A DNA stretch of 32,769 nucleotides, taken from contig CAZMKB010000006.1 in assembly GCA_964566685.1 (NCBI GenBank), positions 1-32,769 of the forward strand. Direction: 5' to 3'. Below are positions 15,606 through 23,838 of this stretch, piece by piece. Position 1 is the stretch's first letter. Each line of letters starts with the position of its first letter. Made by a program: the position numbers and the translations under genes. The stretch comes from an uncultured Gemmatimonadota bacterium. GTDB taxonomy: Bacteria; Gemmatimonadota; CAZMKB01. The notes under the pieces were generated by a model, which was not told where the DNA came from, ran no database searches, and worked only from the letters and a program-made list of their open reading frames with translations.

Positions 15606-18043
15606 CGTTCGGCCTCCTCCCGCAGGCCTCTTCGCTCCTCGTCTCCGTTGTATGCCGGCAACCTGACTCTGAACGTCGATCCCTCACCAACCTTGCTCGC
15701 GATGTCGATCTCCCCGTCGTGGGCCTCCACGATCTTCTTCACGATCGCCAGCCCCAGCCCCGCCCCCTGGTACTTTCTCGTCGCCGAGCCGTCGACCTGG
15801 TAGAAGCGGTCGAAGATCTTGTGGAGCCTCGTTTCCGGGATTCCGATGCCGGTGTCGCTGACCTCGAGCTCGACACGCGAACCGTTCGAGTCCGCCTGCC
15901 TGGCCGAACAGCGCACGGTTCCGCCCTCCGCGGTGAACTTCACCGCGTTTCGCAGGAGATTCGTGAGGAGCTGAATCAGATGCCGCTCATCCCCCCTGAT
16001 GGACGGTATCTCCTCCTCCACCCTTTCGTCGAGGGTGATGCCCTTCTCCCGGGCCAGGGGGGTGACTTCCCGCAGGCTCGATCCGATCAGCATGCCGGCA
16101 TCGATCGCCTCCATGACGAACTCGAGTTTCCCATCCTCCATGCGGGACAGGTAGAGGAGATCCATGATCAGCTCATTCAGCCTCTTGCCGCTCTGATTGA
16201 TGGACTGCAGCACTTCCTCCTGCCGTTCTTCCAGCTCGCCGAGGCGCCGCGAGAGGAGCATGTCCGAATTGATGATGATCGGCGCGATGGGCGTTTTCAG
16301 CTCGTGGGTGATGTTCTGGAGAAATTCGGCTTTGAACCTGTCGGCTTCGACGAGCTCGGCATTGACTTTTTCCAGCTCCCTGTTCGACTCCTCGAGCTTT
16401 TTCGCGAACGCCTCGATGTCTTCCTTCGAAGCACGGAGCTTCTCATTGAGAATCTCGAGCTCCCGGGTTTTCTGCCGGGCTTCGGCAAAGAGCCGCTGGT
16501 TTTCAATGACCACCGCCACCTGGTTCGCGAATATCTCGAGCGTCTGTATGGTTTCGAGCGAGGGCCTGACCCCTTCCTTTGGATCCTCGACCAGGAGGAA
16601 CCCCACGATCTTCCCCACTCTGGATTCGATCGGGACGAACAGTGCGGCGTGGTTTTTCGGGGGAAGACGCTTCTCCGTGTCGCCGACGACGAGGTCATCG
16701 TCCGGAGACCGGGAAGCCGACAGGAGGGGTTCGTCGTTGTAGATGAGATATGATCGTCCGACTCTGTTCTTCTCGTCCATCAGATTACTGAACGATTCCC
16801 ATGAGAGGCTCCTGCCGATCAGCTTTCTGACGACCTCCTTGTCCTCACTCGCAAGAGCCTTGATCGTCACGTTTTCGCCGTCGCTCTCGACCATCCCCAG
16901 GGCGACGGAGTCGATGTCGGTCGAGAATCGCACGGACCAGACGATCTCCCGGAGCAGATCGTCGAGGAACACCTGGAGCCGGAACGAGTTGCTCGTGACG
17001 AGGATCTGCCTGAGACGCTGCGTCTTTCGTTCCATTTCCTTCGAGAGACTGCTGGTGTGGAGACCGAGAGCGATGTGCTTCGCTATCAGTTTCATGACCT
17101 CGAGTTCTTTCTGCGTGTAGGCCCGCGGACGCATGTCGAACAGCTCGGCAGTGCCGATGACCCTGTTTTCCACGAAGAGAGGAGTGATCAGAGCCGAACA
17201 GAACGATCCACGGCCGGGGGCGCCGGTTTCCCCCTCCTTCCCTCCGGTGTCACGGGACATGTCGGTGATGAGAACCGGCCGTTTCATCTCGATCGTCCTC
17301 CCGTGGGGTGAACCGTCGAGGAGATTCACCCGGGACTGGACCGGCCGGCTGTCATGACGGGAATCGACGTAGGCGCCGAGCAGCTCCGAGCCGTCGGCGG
17401 TCAGTGTGTGGAGTGCCATCCGGTGATGGGGAATGAGCTGTCTCACGATTCTCGAAAGGTCGAGGAGCCGCTCCGTTTCCTCGGAAGGGTCGGTGAAGAG
17501 ATTGACGATCAGCGACAGTGCGGACAGGACCCCCTGCTCTTCGGCGACCTTCTCCTTCAGCCTCATTTTCTCGAGGGTGTCCGACATGACCACGAGGAGG
17601 GCCGATTCACCTTTCCACCTGGTCGGCTTCACCGAGATATCGACGGGAATCGTAACCTCGTCGGAGCGTTCCAGTTCGAAGGCGAGCGAAGCGTCCGTGT
17701 CGCTTTCGAGGACCTTCTGCATCGCGACGCTGAGATCCCCGGTGGAGTTCTCGGAGAGAACGTCGTAGAGAGTCGTTTTCGAGAGTTCCTCGCGCGTGAA
17801 CCCGATGAGCTGATACGCCCTCTTGTTGAATTCGAGAATGGAAAAATCGCTGGTTCGAACGAAGAAGCAGGCTTCGTTGATTCCATGGAGAAGAGAGTTG
17901 AAGCGGACCTCGAGATCTTCCAGTTTTCCCAGATCCCTGACGCCCTTCACCTCGTATTTCCTGCGCCAGCCGAGAAAGCTCCGGAGGCTTATCAGGAGGA
18001 GGCTGGAGAGGAGTAGAACGATGATCAGGACGGTTCTGTCCAT
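15602..18043 (-). CDS. Membrane-anchored sensor histidine kinase (TM, PAS-like, two GAF-like regions, HisKA, HATPase_c)
   Basis: 813 aa with an N-terminal TM helix MDRTVLIIVLLLSSLLLISL. H-box is ITHELKTPIAPII, N-box is LTNLLRNAVKFT, G-boxes are VSDTGIGIP and GAGLGLAIVKKIV. GGGGAG lies upstream of ATG 18043. Confidence 0.85.
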   Translation of the reverse strand: MDRTVLIIVLLLSSLLLISLRSFLGWRRKYEVKGVRDLGKLEDLEVRFNSLLHGINEACFFVRTSDFSILEFNKRAYQLIGFTREELSKTTLYDVLSENSTGDLSVAMQKVLESDTDASLAFELERSDEVTIPVDISVKPTRWKGESALLVVMSDTLEKMRLKEKVAEEQGVLSALSLIVNLFTDPSEETERLLDLSRIVRQLIPHHRMALHTLTADGSELLGAYVDSRHDSRPVQSRVNLLDGSPHGRTIEMKRPVLITDMSRDTGGKEGETGAPGRGSFCSALITPLFVENRVIGTAELFDMRPRAYTQKELEVMKLIAKHIALGLHTSSLSKEMERKTQRLRQILVTSNSFRLQVFLDDLLREIVWSVRFSTDIDSVALGMVESDGENVTIKALASEDKEVVRKLIGRSLSWESFSNLMDEKNRVGRSYLIYNDEPLLSASRSPDDDLVVGDTEKRLPPKNHAALFVPIESRVGKIVGFLLVEDPKEGVRPSLETIQTLEIFANQVAVVIENQRLFAEARQKTRELEILNEKLRASKEDIEAFAKKLEESNRELEKVNAELVEADRFKAEFLQNITHELKTPIAPIIINSDMLLSRRLGELEERQEEVLQSINQSGKRLNELIMDLLYLSRMEDGKLEFVMEAIDAGMLIGSSLREVTPLAREKGITLDERVEEEIPSIRGDERHLIQLLTNLLRNAVKFTAEGGTVRCSARQADSNGSRVELEVSDTGIGIPETRLHKIFDRFYQVDGSATRKYQGAGLGLAIVKKIVEAHDGEIDIASKVGEGSTFRVRLPAYNGDEERRGLREEAER

Positions 18044-18062
18044 AAATCACTCCCCTGCTGGC

Positions 18063-18773
18063 TCACACGGTCTCCATGTACCGGAGATAGACGTTCTCGA
18101 GGTCACTCTGCTGAAAGCTCTGCCTGTCCATGACGGTCATCAGCCTCCCCTCGCGCATGATACCGATCCTGTCGGCGATCGCTTTCGCCCGGAAGATGTC
18201 GTGTGTCGACATGAAGATCGTCTTCCCTTCATCTCTCATTTCTTCGAGGAGACCGAGAAACTCCCTGGCGGCTTTCGGATCGAGACCGGACGTCGGTTCG
18301 TCGAGCAGAACGACGGGAGCCTGTTTCGTGATCGCTATGGCGATACCGAGCTTCTGGAGCATCCCCTTCGAGAATTCACTGACGCGCATTTCGTGGACGG
18401 CGCTGTCGAGACCGACCCTCTTCATGATAGCGTAGCAGCCGCTTCTGTCCAGATCGCTCCTTCCGCCGATACGGGTGAAAAATTCGAGATTCTGCCGGGC
18501 GGTGAAAGCGCCGTACAGCCGGACGTTTTCAGAGACGAACGACACGTTCTCCTTTGCCCGGAGCGTGTCCTCGAGGATGTCGTGACCGCATATCCTCGCC
18601 GTGCCCTCGGTCGGTTCGATCAGGTTGAGGAACAGGTTGATCGTCGTCGTTTTTCCAGCTCCGTTCGCTCCGAGGAGACAGAATATCTCTCCTCCCGACA
18701 CCTCGAGATCGAGATGGTCGAGGGCGAGCAGTCCGTCTTCGTAACATTTTGTGAGACCGACGGCTTCGAGCAC
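18063..18773 (-). CDS. ABC transporter ATP-binding protein (ABC-2/DrrA-BcrA-like subfamily appearance)
   Basis: 236 aa. Walker A is LLGANGAGKTTT, signature-like is FSKGMLQKLGIA, Walker B is VVLLDEPTSGLD. GTG start lies 11 nt after the upstream stop. No permease gene is adjacent on either side. Confidence 0.85.
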   Translation of the reverse strand: MLEAVGLTKCYEDGLLALDHLDLEVSGGEIFCLLGANGAGKTTTINLFLNLIEPTEGTARICGHDILEDTLRAKENVSFVSENVRLYGAFTARQNLEFFTRIGGRSDLDRSGCYAIMKRVGLDSAVHEMRVSEFSKGMLQKLGIAIAITKQAPVVLLDEPTSGLDPKAAREFLGLLEEMRDEGKTIFMSTHDIFRAKAIADRIGIMREGRLMTVMDRQSFQQSDLENVYLRYMETV

Positions 18774-18784
18774 GCGTGTCCCCC

Positions 18785-20314
18785 CTATCTCTTCGCAAGT
18801 CTCAAGCCAAAGTACACCACTCCCGCCACCATGATGAACAGGACGAAGAGGAGCAGCAGGGAGAAGAGCAGGCTCGAACCGGCCTTGACGTGAATCCTCA
18901 CGCGCTTGTCCTCCGCCTGGACGAGACGGTTGTTGCTGGTCGCTTCGGTCCTGATCCTGACGACGTAATCGCCGATTTCGATGCCCTCCGGAAGATCCAG
19001 CCGGACATCGACGGGGGCATCCTTCTCCGGATCGAGCGTCGTGATGACTTCCGGTTCGAGCGACGCACGCCAGGCGAACGGCGTTTCGGCCTTGACCAGA
19101 ATGTTGTCGAGCCTCCTCGTGCCGGCATTCTTGATGGAGATCTCCATCTCGACATCCTCTCCCACGGAGATCTCGTGGTAGAGGTTCGCGGCGTTCACCT
19201 CGATCTCCCCGACGCCGCGGGGGATCAGCGTGAGCGCCACCTTGCCGGCCTTGATGAGGTCCAGCTGGTCTTCGGTGAGATCATCCGCTTCCGTTGCCAG
19301 GGCATCGAGCTGGCTCCGCGCCTCCTGATCGAGAACCATGGCATAGAATTCTATCGGGCGGTCGATCTCCACCTGTCCGTCCACCCGTTCACCGAGAAAG
19401 AGCCGGAGATTGAGATTCTGAACCGTTTCGCCCTCGGTGAATTTCACCTGGGTCAGGCGTGCTCCCGTCGAGGGATCGGCGAACTCGTAGTGAATCTGTG
19501 AGGGAAGGTTGAGCACGGCGAGACCGAAGATGTTCACCTCGTCGGTGAACCGCTCGAGCTTCAGATCGTACGTCGCCGAGCTCCCCAGGTCGGCCTCCTG
19601 GGAGAACTTCGAAGAGGTGAGCGTGACGACATCCGCCGTGCTGTCCTTCTCGAGGAAAACCTTCTTCTCGACTTCCTTGTCATAGTACGATATCGCCACG
19701 ACCGCCTCGTTGACGTCCCGGAGCAGGCCGAAATCTATCGTGACCGGATTCCCGTACCGCATGACATCGATCTTCTGCTCGTAGGGTCTGCTGATGATTG
19801 TGCCGTCCATCTTGAGAGAGACGAAGACGTTCTGCAGCTCGTAGAGCTTGATGTTATCCGTAATAACGTCATCCTCGAGCATCTTGATCTCTTCGAGCTT
19901 GAACGCGCCCCCCATGGTGTTCTGCAGCGTGATCTTCACCCGCTTCTCACCCTTCTCGTCCTGATACTTGATTGCGTTCTTGATCATGATGTGGGGCTTC
20001 TCGTAGGCCAGATCGAGGTATCTCTGGCTGTATTCCACCTCGCGCGTCAGGTATTCCGTCTCGATCTCATTGTACTTTTCCCGGGAAATGAGCTCTTTCT
20101 CGAGGAGCTCCTTTGCGCGCTCGTACCTCGTACGGGCGTCCATCAGGCGCACGTGGGCTTTCTTCAGCTCGAGCAGGCGGTAGCGCTCGTCACGCTTGAG
20201 GTCGATGATCTCGAGGTCATCGTACTGGGGAGCCGCCCGGCAGGAGGAGACTTCTGCTGCGAACAGGACGAACAGGAGAAGACAGGAGCAGAGTACGGAA
20301 GCGCTGCATCTCAT
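18785..20314 (-). CDS. Exported, C-terminally membrane-anchored protein: N-terminal coiled-coil (membrane-fusion-protein-like hairpin), beta-rich middle, NEW3/CARDB-like domain
   Basis: ORF 18785..20425, trimmed to ATG 20314, which has GGGAGGG 6 nt upstream. Signal peptide is MRCSASVLCSCLLLFVLFAAEVSSCRA. A heptad-like stretch reads LKKAHVRLMDARTRYERAKELLEKELISREKYNEIETEYLTREVEYSQRYLDL. The distal domain EMEISIKNAGTRRLDNILVKAETPFAWRASLEPEVITTLDPEKDAPVDVRLDLPEGIEIGDYVVRIRT resembles NEW3 domains. The terminal TM helix is LLFSLLLLFVLFIMVAGVVYFGL. Confidence 0.6.
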   Translation of the reverse strand: MRCSASVLCSCLLLFVLFAAEVSSCRAAPQYDDLEIIDLKRDERYRLLELKKAHVRLMDARTRYERAKELLEKELISREKYNEIETEYLTREVEYSQRYLDLAYEKPHIMIKNAIKYQDEKGEKRVKITLQNTMGGAFKLEEIKMLEDDVITDNIKLYELQNVFVSLKMDGTIISRPYEQKIDVMRYGNPVTIDFGLLRDVNEAVVAISYYDKEVEKKVFLEKDSTADVVTLTSSKFSQEADLGSSATYDLKLERFTDEVNIFGLAVLNLPSQIHYEFADPSTGARLTQVKFTEGETVQNLNLRLFLGERVDGQVEIDRPIEFYAMVLDQEARSQLDALATEADDLTEDQLDLIKAGKVALTLIPRGVGEIEVNAANLYHEISVGEDVEMEISIKNAGTRRLDNILVKAETPFAWRASLEPEVITTLDPEKDAPVDVRLDLPEGIEIGDYVVRIRTEATSNNRLVQAEDKRVRIHVKAGSSLLFSLLLLFVLFIMVAGVVYFGLRLAKR

Positions 20315-20397
20315 GGAACACCCTCCCGGCGAGGCTTCGAATTGCGCTCCGGATCTCACCACAGCTGCCCTCGGTCGTGAGAAGGAGTCATCCAATA

Positions 20398-20425
20398 ATC
20401 TTATAGAGAGCGCCCCAAAAGTCAA
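20398..20425 (-). promoter_or_regulatory. Sigma70-type promoter candidate for the NEW3/ABC/kinase operon
   Basis: Minus strand reads TTGACT (20425-20420), a 16-nt spacer, then TAAGAT (20403-20398). It lies just downstream of the rpoD-like terminator. Confidence 0.4.
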
Positions 20426-20485
20426 CGGAGGAAGGGACGGGGAGACCCCGGATCACGTGTCAGTCCGGATGCAGGGAATACGGTG

Positions 20486-20523
20486 AAAAAAAAGTGAGGG
20501 CGAAGCGTAACGACTCTTCGCCC
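20486..20523 (-). terminator. Rho-independent terminator downstream of the sigma-factor gene
   Basis: Minus strand reads GGGCGAAG (20523-20516), a 10-nt loop, CTTCGCCC (20505-20498), tcac, then T8 (20493-20486). It starts 23 nt after the stop codon at 20546. Confidence 0.75.
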
Positions 20524-20545
20524 CCTGCTCTGTTCTGTCTTCCCT

Positions 20546-21400
20546 TCAGTTGAGGAAGGATTCGAGCGGCCTGCTCCGAGAAATGTGCCGCAGCCGGCTG
20601 ATGGCCTTCTCCTTGATCTGCCGGACTCGCTCCCTGGTGATACCGAGAATGGAACCGATTTCTTCGAGGGTCATCGGTTCGCTTCCGTCGAGACCGTAGT
20701 AGAGTTTGAGAATCCTCGCCTCGCGTTCCTTGAGAGTCGAGAGCGACGCCTTGATGGTCGTCGTGAGTGCGTTCTCGTATGTCCCCTCGTCTGGACTCGG
20801 ATGGAAGTCATCTGCGAGGTAGTCGCCGAGCTTGTTGTCCTCGCCGGGGGTGATCGGCGCCTCGAGAGATGCATGCGGCTGGGAGATCTTTAGCGTCTTG
20901 CGAAGCTCTTCGGGATTGAGATCCATTTCCTGGGCGAGCTCCTCGACGCTCGGTTCGCGGCCCAGCGTCTGAGTGAGGGTGTTGGCCTTTCTTCCAACCT
21001 TGTACAGTGCACCCGCTTTGTTGAGAGGCACCCGCACGATTCGTGACTGCTCCGCGAGAGCCTGGAGAATAGCCTGACGGATCCACCACACCGCGTAGGA
21101 GATGAACTTGATCCCCTTCGTTTCGTCGAACTTGAGCGCCGCCCTCATCAACCCGACGTTTCCCTCATTGATGAGATCTGCGAGTGAAACACCCTGGTTC
21201 TGGTATTTCTTCGCCACGCTTACGACGAAACGGAGGTTCGACCTGGTGAGCTTGTTCAGGGAATTCTTGTCTCCCTTCTTGATCCTGCTCGCCAGCTTGA
21301 TTTCCTCCTCCCGGTCGAGAAGCGGATAAGTGGAAATCTCCTTCAAGTACAGATCCAGGGAATCTTCTTCAAAGGAGTTGTCCTTTTTTTTCAGATCCAT
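20546..21400 (-). CDS. rpoD: Sigma-70 family RNA polymerase sigma factor, short primary-like form (regions 1.2, 2, 3 and 4; no long region 1.1)
   Basis: ORF 20546..21430, trimmed to ATG 21400, which has AGGAGG 10 nt upstream. Motifs: LYLKEISTYPLLDREEEIKLA (region 1.2/2.1), NLRFVVSVAKKYQNQG, ISYAVWWIRQAILQALAEQSRIVRVPLNK (2.3/2.4 into 3.0), EARILKLYYGLDGSEPMTLEEIGSILGITRERVRQIKEKAISRLR (4.2). The length and the IVRxPLN block resemble the short primary sigma factors of the Bacteroidota/FCB group as I remember them. Confidence 0.7.
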   Translation of the reverse strand: MDLKKKDNSFEEDSLDLYLKEISTYPLLDREEEIKLASRIKKGDKNSLNKLTRSNLRFVVSVAKKYQNQGVSLADLINEGNVGLMRAALKFDETKGIKFISYAVWWIRQAILQALAEQSRIVRVPLNKAGALYKVGRKANTLTQTLGREPSVEELAQEMDLNPEELRKTLKISQPHASLEAPITPGEDNKLGDYLADDFHPSPDEGTYENALTTTIKASLSTLKEREARILKLYYGLDGSEPMTLEEIGSILGITRERVRQIKEKAISRLRHISRSRPLESFLN

Positions 21401-21481
21401 GTGGACCTTACCTCCTGCCAAAACTGCCACAAGGATAACAGACGGGTGGCGCTCATTCTGTAAGCCAGCTTACACTTTCCC

Positions 21482-22210
21482 CTACCTGATGATGTTCCCG
21501 ATCCTCCCGAAGCGAGGCAGGAACTTCTCCCTGTCCCAGGAGAAGTAGATGAAAAGCGGTTTTCCGACGATAAGACCCCGGTCCACGAATCCCCACATCC
21601 TGCTGTCCGAGCTGTTGTCCCTGTTGTCGCCCATGACGAAGTACTTGTCTTCCGGTACGACGATGGGACCGAAATTGTCCCGAACCAGCGGAAACCGGGG
21701 AGTTTTCACGACCTCCGTCGTCTTGCGTGGATTACCCGTTATTCTCTTCGAAATGAACCTGACGTAAGGCTCATCGAGCCTTTCGCCGTTCACGTAAACC
21801 GCTTTGTTGATCATCTGGACGGTGTCACCCGGTACCGCGATGCACCTCTTGACGAAATCCAGGTCTTCATCGAGAGGATACTTGAAAACGACGATGTCAC
21901 CCTTTTCGGGTTCATCGATCGATGGGAGATGAATGTCCGTAAAAGGAATCTTCGGACCGTACACGAGCTTGTTGACGAGGAGAAAATCACCGACGAGAAG
22001 CGTGTCCTCCATGGAACCCGTTGGTATCTTGAACGCCTGTATGAAAAACGCCCTGATGAACAGGAAAAGGACGAAGGCGATGACGAGTGATTTCGCCCAC
22101 TCACGACCCTGATTCCTCATCCAGCTGTTGATGCCCTTCTGCTCGGTCTCCTTCATCTGTACCGAATGCTCCGGATGGGGCTTCCTCCGCTCGGGGGGTT
22201 CGGCCACCAT
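21482..22210 (-). CDS. lepB: Signal peptidase I
   Basis: 242 aa with a TM anchor KSLVIAFVLFLFIRAFFIQAF. Catalytic Ser box is IPTGSMEDTLLVGD. Lys box region is GDIVVFKYP...VKRCIAVPGD. Also present: YFVMGDNRDNSSDSR. Confidence 0.9.
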   Translation of the reverse strand: MVAEPPERRKPHPEHSVQMKETEQKGINSWMRNQGREWAKSLVIAFVLFLFIRAFFIQAFKIPTGSMEDTLLVGDFLLVNKLVYGPKIPFTDIHLPSIDEPEKGDIVVFKYPLDEDLDFVKRCIAVPGDTVQMINKAVYVNGERLDEPYVRFISKRITGNPRKTTEVVKTPRFPLVRDNFGPIVVPEDKYFVMGDNRDNSSDSRMWGFVDRGLIVGKPLFIYFSWDREKFLPRFGRIGNIIR

Positions 22211-22244
22211 GTTATAAAACGAATCCCCTGTCTTGTTCCACTCT

Positions 22245-23729
22245 TCACACGTCGATCTGGGCTCTCTGGAGCTTCCCGCTGTAATCGACGTACACCGTCT
22301 TCAGTTCCGTGAAGAACTCATAGGGCCCCCATCCGCCTTCCCTGTGCCCGTTCCCCGTCTCCTTGACTCCTCCGAAGGGAAGATGGCACTCCGCACCGAT
22401 TGTGGGTCCGTTGATGTAGGTGATACCCGCTTCTATTTCTTCTATTGCGGCGAAAGCGGCGTGGACGCTTGCGGTGTAGATGGAAGACGACAGCCCGTAT
22501 CGTGAATCATTGATGACGTCCATGGCTTCCTGAAGGTCGGCGACCTTCAGCACGGAGAGTACCGGGCCGAATATCTCTTCCCGGGCTATTCTCATCCCTC
22601 GGGTCACATCGGAGAAAACCGTCGGCTCGTAGAACCAGCCCTTTTCCAGGACGCCGTCCACCGCTTCCTTCCCGCCGCAGAGAAGTGTCGCCCCTTCGTT
22701 CCTGCCGATCTCTACATATTCGTCCACGATCCGGCGCTGATCCCGGTTCACGAGCGGTCCCACGTCCACCGACTCGTCGAGCCCGTAGCCGAGCTTGAGC
22801 TTCCCGGCCCGCTCGACGACCATGTCGACGAATCGATCGTGGATCTTCTCGTGGCAGATGAGCCTGCTCGTCGCGGTACAGCGCTGTCCAGTGGTGCCGA
22901 ACGCTCCCCAGAGGACGCCTTCGAGAGCGAGCTCCAGGTCGGCGTCGTCCATGACGATCTGGGCATTCTTCCCGCCGAGCTCGAGCGAGACACGCTTGAG
23001 CGTCGACGCGGATCCTTCCGTGATGGTTTTCCCCACGGCGGATGAGCCGGTGAAGGAGATGAGATCCACCCCCCGGTGCTCGACCAGCGGCGTGCCGACA
23101 CCCCACCCTCCTCCGTGAACGAGGTTGACCACACCACCGGGTATGCCGGCGTCGGCGAGTATCTCCACCAGTGTCGTGGCGCTCAGGGGCGTGTCGCTGG
23201 CCGGCTTGAAGACCACGGTGTTGCCGCAGGTGAGTGCGGGGAAGATCTTCCAGGTCGGGATTGCGATGGGAAAATTCCATGGTGTGATGATCCCGGCGAC
23301 GCCGACCGGCATCCTCGTGGTCGTGGCGAACTTCCGGGGCAACTCCGAGGGAACCGTTTCGCTGAAAAGACGCCTTCCTTCTCCGAAAGCGTAGTACGCC
23401 GTGTCGATGCCTTCCTGCGTGTCGCCGCGCGTTTCGACCAGGATCTTCCCCATCTCCCTGGTCATGTTCCGGGCGAGCTCGTCCTTGCGGGCGGTGAGGA
23501 TGTCCCCGACGCGCTTCATGATCTCGGCGCGCTTCGGTGCGGGAACTCTGCGCCAGAAGGGATATGCTTCGCGGGCTGCGGCAACCGCTTCATCGACATC
23601 GCGGTGATCGGAATCGGGGAACACCCCGATGAGATCGTTCCGGTGGGCGGGATTTCTGTTCTCGAAGGTCTTTCCCGACTGGGCGGGTACCCATGAGCCT
23701 GCGATGTAGTTCGAGTACGTTTCCGTCAA
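22245..23729 (-). CDS. NAD(P)+-dependent aldehyde dehydrogenase family protein
   Basis: ORF 22245..23795. I prefer the in-frame TTG at 23729 (LTETYSNYIAGSWVP, a typical ALDH N-terminus) because a strong promoter candidate (23768-23795) lies inside the longer ORF-track version. Motifs: FTGSSAVGK, the catalytic Glu block LELGGKNA, the catalytic Cys block GQRCTATSR, and EEIFGPV. Confidence 0.85.
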   Translation of the reverse strand: MTETYSNYIAGSWVPAQSGKTFENRNPAHRNDLIGVFPDSDHRDVDEAVAAAREAYPFWRRVPAPKRAEIMKRVGDILTARKDELARNMTREMGKILVETRGDTQEGIDTAYYAFGEGRRLFSETVPSELPRKFATTTRMPVGVAGIITPWNFPIAIPTWKIFPALTCGNTVVFKPASDTPLSATTLVEILADAGIPGGVVNLVHGGGWGVGTPLVEHRGVDLISFTGSSAVGKTITEGSASTLKRVSLELGGKNAQIVMDDADLELALEGVLWGAFGTTGQRCTATSRLICHEKIHDRFVDMVVERAGKLKLGYGLDESVDVGPLVNRDQRRIVDEYVEIGRNEGATLLCGGKEAVDGVLEKGWFYEPTVFSDVTRGMRIAREEIFGPVLSVLKVADLQEAMDVINDSRYGLSSSIYTASVHAAFAAIEEIEAGITYINGPTIGAECHLPFGGVKETGNGHREGGWGPYEFFTELKTVYVDYSGKLQRAQIDV

Positions 23730-23767
23730 CGATCCACCCTTCGTTCCGGCAAAGAAAATAGTAGATA

Positions 23768-23795
23768 AATATACGCGTAGAACGAAACCTGTCAA
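23768..23795 (-). promoter_or_regulatory. Sigma70-type promoter candidate for the aldehyde dehydrogenase gene
   Basis: Minus strand reads TTGACA (23795-23790), a 16-nt spacer, then TATATT (23773-23768). Confidence 0.5.
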
Positions 23796-23838
23796 CAGTT
23801 AATCGCCTGAGGACTTTCCCCAATTTTTTCCGCGCCGT

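Noticed and set aside
15554-16753. 399-aa plus-strand ORF, and similar ones at 17354..18016 and 17823..18893
   Set aside because: They are antisense to the histidine kinase and ABC ATPase genes, which carry unambiguous H/N/G and Walker motifs.
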